A DNA stretch of 63,556 bases from Thraustochytrium aureum (Eukaryota), in the NCBI GenBank assembly GCA_012862495.1, contig BLSG01000423.1, positions 82,377 to 145,932 of the forward strand, read 5' to 3'. Positions within the stretch are counted from its first letter, which is position 1. Every line of letters begins with the position of its first letter. The notes beneath the pieces were generated by a model. It made no database searches. It worked only from the letters and a program-made list of their open reading frames with translations, and was not told the origin of the DNA. The position numbers and the translations under genes are program-made. Below, piece by piece: positions 57,716 to 63,556 of the stretch.

Positions 57716-59158
57716 TCAGCGCTTCCCTGTTGCCTCCACGGTGTCCTGGATCATATCCGACAGGTCCTCGGCACAGCGGTCCAAAATGACAATCGCCTCA
57801 TCGCAAGCGCCCACAGTGAGGCGGTAAATCGCCCGCTCTAGCGCGTCGAGCACCGTGATTGGCACGATGCGCTGCTTGTCGTTGAGCGAGCTGAGAATGG
57901 TAAAGAGGGTCTTCATCCCCACCTCATCGGCGATCTCAATGAGGCGGGCATCGAGCACGGTCACGCACGACATCGGGAAGGGCGCTTGGCGCTGCTGAAA
58001 AGACCACATCAGCGTCCCGACGTAGCTTGGACGGATTTCGGGCAGATTAGTCCGCATTGCGCCCTCCAACGCCAGATCCAAAGCCCTGTCCCAGTTTTTC
58101 AGCTTGAGCACTGCAGAAACCCAGAGGATGGACTCAAAGTTCCGGCTTCCCAGGTTGTCCGACTTGAGCACATGCGTGAGCTGGTCGGTAAGCCACCTGT
58201 CTAACCGATGTTCGTAGGTGCGCCCTCTGCTAAACCTGGCAGCAGCGTTGAGCAGTGCAAGCGAGTCGTGTCTCGACACGCTGTCCGGCGGCATCACAGA
58301 GGCGCAGCCCAGCAATCTCACAATAAACCCATTTTGTGGGCGAACGCGCATGAGACTCATGCAGCGTGCGACGTTACCGAGCTCAACGATGGTTAGCCTT
58401 GGGAGACACTGAAACAGAGCGGGTTCCACTGCGGTCCACCATCCCAGCTTGTCGAAAGTGGCTCCACGAAGCCTGGCGGTCGCCACAACCAGAGTGACAA
58501 TTTCGTCTGGAGAAGTTATCGAGTCCAAAGCGACACGCTTTCCTGCTGCTGTCAAAGCTTCAATCTCGTTCTTGTCAAATCTGTACCCTGCGGCCGCGGA
58601 CAGCTGACCCATGCGGAACACGATCCACCTCTGCACGTGCCGGGGGCTGGTGTCGAGGAGGTCAATGGACTGCTTCATGAGCAGCTGGATGAACTTGTTT
58701 TCGTTCCACTTTTGCGGCAGGACATGGGTCGCGCTCGCGAGCGCCGTCAACGCGCGGGCACAATTGATTGAATCAAGCGCCGTCAACCCCGCCTGGCTCT
58801 CTCCGTCGCCGGCAAACTTCTCGATCAACGAGGTGATTTCATCAAACGTCCGCGCGTCCTTCAGCGCAGCGCCAAGACTCTTCCGAAACGAGACTTCCTT
58901 CTCGTCCGCCGCACCCGCGCCATTCCCGCGCTTCTCGTCGACGGGCGCCCCCGTGTCCTTGACCGCCGACAGCGCTTTCGGCCCGCTCAACACGCGCGCC
59001 GGCCCCTCCGTCGAGAGCGCTCGCAGCGTCTCGAGGCCGGCCCAGCCCCTTTTCAAGCTTCGCCCGCTCGCGGCGCGCAGCGGACTCGCCCCGGTCGCCG
59101 TGCGCTGGAGGACGGCGTGGGCCCGCAAACCGCGTCCGAACCTGAGCATGGCTGACAT
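57716..59158 (-). CDS. Mitochondrion-targeted helical-repeat protein (OPR/HPR/FASTK-like RNA-binding)
   Basis: Arg/Ala/Ser-rich, acid-poor presequence (MSAMLRFGRGLRAHAVLQR...RALST). Degenerate units of about 35-38 aa such as LPRLTIVELGNVARCMSLMRVRP, LGSRNFESILWVSAVLKL and LPEIRPSYVGTLMWSFQ. Confidence 0.6.
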   Translation of the reverse strand: MSAMLRFGRGLRAHAVLQRTATGASPLRAASGRSLKRGWAGLETLRALSTEGPARVLSGPKALSAVKDTGAPVDEKRGNGAGAADEKEVSFRKSLGAALKDARTFDEITSLIEKFAGDGESQAGLTALDSINCARALTALASATHVLPQKWNENKFIQLLMKQSIDLLDTSPRHVQRWIVFRMGQLSAAAGYRFDKNEIEALTAAGKRVALDSITSPDEIVTLVVATARLRGATFDKLGWWTAVEPALFQCLPRLTIVELGNVARCMSLMRVRPQNGFIVRLLGCASVMPPDSVSRHDSLALLNAAARFSRGRTYEHRLDRWLTDQLTHVLKSDNLGSRNFESILWVSAVLKLKNWDRALDLALEGAMRTNLPEIRPSYVGTLMWSFQQRQAPFPMSCVTVLDARLIEIADEVGMKTLFTILSSLNDKQRIVPITVLDALERAIYRLTVGACDEAIVILDRCAEDLSDMIQDTVEATGKR

Positions 59159-59875
59159 GTGGCTCCACGCGCCCCGGCTCGACGCGCAGCCAACGCGCCA
59201 CGCCCTGACAACGTGCCCGGTTGCCCTGACACCGCCCGCTTCCGCTGCGGGACTTGGGGCGTACTGCTGCGCACTCTGGCAGGCAGACTGGCAAGCCTCG
59301 ACGAGGGTCAAGCAGGTGGTATGTGCTCTGTTCGAGACTTTCGGCACACAAACCAGTCATCATCTCGGTCCTTGCGCGTCCATCATCCATCACGGTCATG
59401 CTTCATGCATTGCTCGTCCTCGGACGCGCAGGCTGGATTTGAAATGCGCGACGGGTTCGAGGTGCGCCGGGCCCTGGCCGTGCTGCTGCGCACGAGTCGG
59501 TGGGCGGCGGATGGACCGCCAAGGGATGTCGCGAATGGCGCAGCCGAGTGCGTCGAGCGCTGCCGTTGAGTTCCTGCCGGACGAGCGTGCGCGCAGGGCC
59601 AACGGCGGACGAGCATGCGCGCAGGGCCAAACGGCGGCGACGAGCTTTTTTTTCTTCTCCCGATGCTGGGCGAGGATGTCGAGCCGTCCATCCGCAGCCG
59701 TCGTCAGAGGAGCTTGTGGCTGGCGGCTGAGCGACTCGGCGCGGCGCAAGACCAGACGACGAATCAAAAGTCAAAAGGCAACCGGAACCACAAGCAAAAC
59801 GATTTAGGGTACAAACAGCATCCATTTCGATTGTTCAAGAAACAACAAAAGCCCCGCCTTGGCGGGAGAGCAGGA

Positions 59876-62266
59876 CTACGTCTTGGATGCGGTCTCGGAA
59901 GCAGAGACGGCGCCTCGCGTCAAGCTCTGCCCAACGAGCGATCCCAGGCGAGAGTTTAGCTCCAGCAGACCCATGGCGCCGCGCTTGAACAAAATCATGC
60001 TGTCCAACAACGACGCGAGCATCTTAATACTGCAGGGCTTTGGAAGAACGCCGTTAAAGTCGGCGCCGTGGACACGCTCCATCTCGCCCATGCTGCTGAG
60101 CGCAGCCGTAAAGGCCATGATCACAAGGCCGCCGCGGTGCGGCTGGGCTCGGATCAGGTTTGTCGCTTCTATGCCGTCCATTTCTGTCATATTGATGTCC
60201 ATCAAAATCAGGTCGACAAGCCTCCTGGGGTCGGCGCAGTGCTCGACAGCGCTCTCGCCGTCTTCGAGACACACGACGTCCTTGACGCCTGCCTTTCGAA
60301 GCAGCCGAAGCATCACGGCGCAGTTGACGGCATTGTCGTCAACGACGAGGACGCTGAGCTGCTCAATAGTGCAGGTCGCGTCAGCGCGACTTTGAGCCCC
60401 TCGTGCGACTCTGCTCGATGCTGCGTCGTCCGCAATGATGCCCTCGGCCGGCACTGAAACCGAAAACTGTTGCGCAAGCTGCGCCACGTTGTTGCTGTTA
60501 CTGCTGCTGCAGTCGTCGCGAGACGACTCGTCGCTGGAAGATGCCGTTCCCGCGCTCTCGAAATGCTTCCACCCGGCTGTCGGCTCCAGAAAGGAGTCGA
60601 GCAGTCCGTCGACCCTGGGTGCTGCTTCGAAAGGCAACAGCGCGAAAAAGGTGGTGCCTTCGCCCTCGACGCTCTCCACGTGTATTNNNNNNNNNNNNNN
60701 NNNNNNNNNNNNNNNNNNNNNNNNNNNNNNNNNNNNNNNNNNNNNNNNNNNNNNNNNNNNNNNNNNNNNNNNNNNNNNNNNNNNNNNNNNNNNNNNNNNN
60801 NNNNNNNNNNNNNNNNNNNNNNNNNNNNNNNNNNNNNNNNNNNNNNNNNNNNNNNNNNNACTGCTTGTGCGGATTGTTCGCCTCCTCGTGCGCGTCGCGG
60901 TCCGCGCTCACCGCGGTGCTGGTTCGCTGCCCATGCACGCTCGTGAGGAGCTCAACGGGCTCGCCTTTGCTGCTGCTACTGCTGCTGCTGCTGCTACTGT
61001 TGCTGCTACTGCTGCTGGCACTCGCAGACCATGGCTGAGAAATCTGGACTCGCACCTCGTCGGAGCGGACGCCGGAGCGCGCCACGCCGTGCGGGGTCGG
61101 CGGCCGCGATCCTTGGTTGCCATCCTGTTCGCGAGCCTGGCGCGAGCCGCGCCTGGAGCCCTTCATCAATAGCGGTTGCTCCGCGCTGCCCTCGCCGTCG
61201 ACGAAAACCCGCGCGTGAGCTAGCCCCCTCGCGGTCGAAGAAAATTCGTCCTCGAGGTTGTCCATGTCAAAGCTGGCGCCACCGCGCCTCGCGATCGAGG
61301 CGGCGTTGGGCGGTGGCGGGCTAAAGGTGTGCTCGCGAGAAGCAAAGTTTTCGAGCCAATCTGCGCGTTGTGCCGCCGAGCCGATCATCGTCAGAGAGAC
61401 GGAGACCGAACCTTCCCTCGTGAATTTGACGCCGTTGCCGACTACGTTGCTCAGAAACTGAACCAGCCTGGTCGCGTCCGTGAGAACGCGGCTCGGAATA
61501 CCCGGGCCGATGTGGAACCGCAAGTTCACGTTGGCGCACTTGGCCGTCCCTTCGGCGATGCTGAGCGAGCGCTCGATAGCCTCGCGCAGGCAGACCGGCT
61601 CTGTCTCGAGGGCGAACTCGGCCTTTTGGTACTTTGCAAAGTCGAGGATGTCGTTTATAATGTTGGCCAGGAGGGCGCGCGCTCGAGAGGAGCGTTCGCA
61701 CCATGGAGAGTTGACCAGAGTTTAGCGGGGACGCCTCGAGCAGCTCGGCAAACCCGAGGATCGACTGCAGCGGCGTGCGCACTTCGTGCGACACGGTCGC
61801 GATAAAGTCCTGCCGCGTCTGTGCCAGCTGCTCGGCGGCTTCTTTGAGTACCTGCAATCGGATGTACTTGGCGTTCATCTCCTTGAGCAGCCGCGAGGAC
61901 TCGTCCACCGCGTCCTCGAGGGCGGCCGCCTGCTCCAGCAGCATGGAGAGGTCCTTGGTGTGCTTGATTAGAACGAAAACAGTGGTGACAGAAACCACGG
62001 CGGTGGCGCCGCAGGACGCGAGCAGGAGGTGGGGAACGCGGTAGAAGAACGAGATGAAGTGAAACATGTGCGTGAATCCGCAGCACACGATGAACAGCAT
62101 AAAGCACACGCGGACGGTCTTGAACACGTCGGCGACTTCGATCCGCCTCAAAAACAAGAAGATCTGCACCGGGATCACAAAGTACGCCACCGCGATGAGA
62201 AACTCGCTCAGCATGGCAGCCGTCGACACGGCCTCCCACTCCCCATCCTCGCCCAGGAGCCCCTCG
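59876..62266 (-). CDS. Hybrid histidine kinase with ETR1-type ethylene-binding TM domain, HisKA, split HATPase_c and receiver (5' end in gap)
   Basis: Sensor SEFLIAVAYFVIP...FIVCCGFTH...TAVVS. H-box FIATVSHEVRTPL; INDILDFAK after a frameshift near 61675; N-box DATRLVQFLSNVVGNGVKFT; VESVEGEGTTF. Receiver VLVVDDN...LILMDINMTEMDG...MAFTA...LPKP. Confidence 0.93.
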
Positions 62267-63556
62267 NNNNNNNNNNNNNNNNNNNNNNNNNNNNNNNNNN
62301 NNNNNNNNNNNNNNNNNNNNNNNNNNNNNNNNNNNNNNNNNNNNNNNNNNNNNNNNNNNNNNNNNNNNNNNNNNNNNNNNNNNNNNNNNNNNNNNNNNNN
62401 NNNNNNNNNNNNNNNNNNNNNNNNNNNNNNNNNNNNNNNNNNNNNNNNNNNNNNNNNNNNNNNNNNNNNNNNNNNNNNNNNNNNNNNNNNNNNCGGGTCT
62501 GCAGCTGGTGGCGCTGCCGCCGCCGCCCCCTTGCGCGCAGAGCAGCTCGCTGCGCTTTGGAAGCTACTAGCTCGCTTTAAACAAGCTATAGCTTCTCCGA
62601 AGGGAACCCGCACAAGCTAGCCTTGAGTGCGCTCGGAATGTTGAGCCTGGCGGTGGGGAACGCTACCGAAAGGCCAAGTCGGGGAAGCGCAGTCCATGCA
62701 GGTGCAGCGAAGGAGGCCTCGAGGAGCTGCAGAACATCGACTCGGATGGGACGATAACGACGCGCATCATCCGGCGATCGCCTGTAACCGGCGCCGGGTC
62801 GCTGTGTGCCGAAGTAGTCTGGCATCGCTGGTCATCAGTAGGTGGGTGGGCCCGAGTGCCGCGCCGCCTCGGGCCGCGAAGAAGGCCGTGCGAAGGCGGT
62901 GCAACGAGCTTTGTAGTGGGCTACTAGTAGGATCGGGTATCAGCGGACGTGGTCCTTGACTGACCGCCTGACGCACGAGGGAACGAAATTCCATACCCGG
63001 TTGCCCCACGAGGCACCGGGCTGCGGAGGCTTGAGTGGTACCGGTTCATCTTGTGCTGGGAGGAGGAGGGTGGAATCAGTTGGAGCCGGCCCAAACCCCC
63101 GCGCAATTGAGTGCCGATACCACGCGGTACACTTCCCCGCACTGCATCGTGCTCCAGGCACGCATTGGAATGGATTTGGCGGACGAGGGGAAGGGAGCTA
63201 TTGAAGTGAGCGGCCGTTTGACCGTGGAGTCGGTGCGAAGGGCTCCACGTGAATGTTGCCAATCCTCAATCCACAACAAACCAAGCGAGTGCTTGCAGGC
63301 CTCTGCAAGTCGCCAACGCAGCAGTCGCCGGAGTGCGTCAAGATCCTGAGCCTCGAGGGTGGGTATGTGCTCAACCATCGACGTCCGTGACCTCCTCCAG
63401 TACATCGTCAAGATCACGACCAGGCCAGAATCCTCATGTCTACGAGTTGTTGTCGTTGAAGGAGCGATCACCTCAACAGACCACGCCGGGCCCAGCACCG
63501 CCAGCTCCGGGCCGCAGCGCTGCCTGCTTTTGTGAGACCGCCTCGAGCAAATCATC

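Noticed and set aside
942..61680. Frameshifts in many genes (HSF ~955, PH-ANK ~6230, gene A ~31840, CFAP57 ~48260, DUF1765 ~50130, SDR ~54510, kinase ~61675) read as programmed frameshifting or mass pseudogenisation
   Set aside because: The ones I checked are all repaired by adding one base, often in a short homopolymer. They hit conserved housekeeping genes without accompanying nonsense decay and share no slippery motif. This pattern fits sequencing deletion errors.
62590..63556. ORFs at the right edge (e.g. 63076..63555 -, 63035..63349 +)
   Set aside because: No recognisable domain in any frame and the window end truncates the region. Could be a degraded or partial gene but cannot be supported.

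Overview
A GC-rich, gene-dense, apparently intron-poor eukaryotic scaffold with many N gaps. Single-base deletions break most long ORFs. The gene set (HSF, NEK, CFAP57, cathepsin Z, CASP golgin, ATAD5, peroxisomal acyl-CoA oxidase) and the (CAGC)n/(CAGG)n tracts suggest a flagellated heterotrophic protist, most likely a thraustochytrid-like stramenopile; this taxonomic call is inference. About 20 protein-coding genes are visible. I found no rRNA, tRNA, CRISPR array or intact mobile element. Highlights: (1) a hybrid histidine kinase with an ETR1-type ethylene/copper-binding 3-TM sensor, no GAF domain and substitutions at the Asp25/Lys91-equivalent positions; (2) a head-to-head pair of unannotated paralogues sharing an unrecognised C-terminal Cys/His (probably Zn-binding) domain; (3) an ATAD5/Elg1 with an EF-hand pair and an inserted IPT/TIG domain; (4) a fungal Rax1-like RGS-3TM gene divergent from a DUF1765-like gene; (5) two AT-richer, motif- or palindrome-dense islands in divergent intergenic regions. 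All family calls come from motif recognition by eye, not from database searches.
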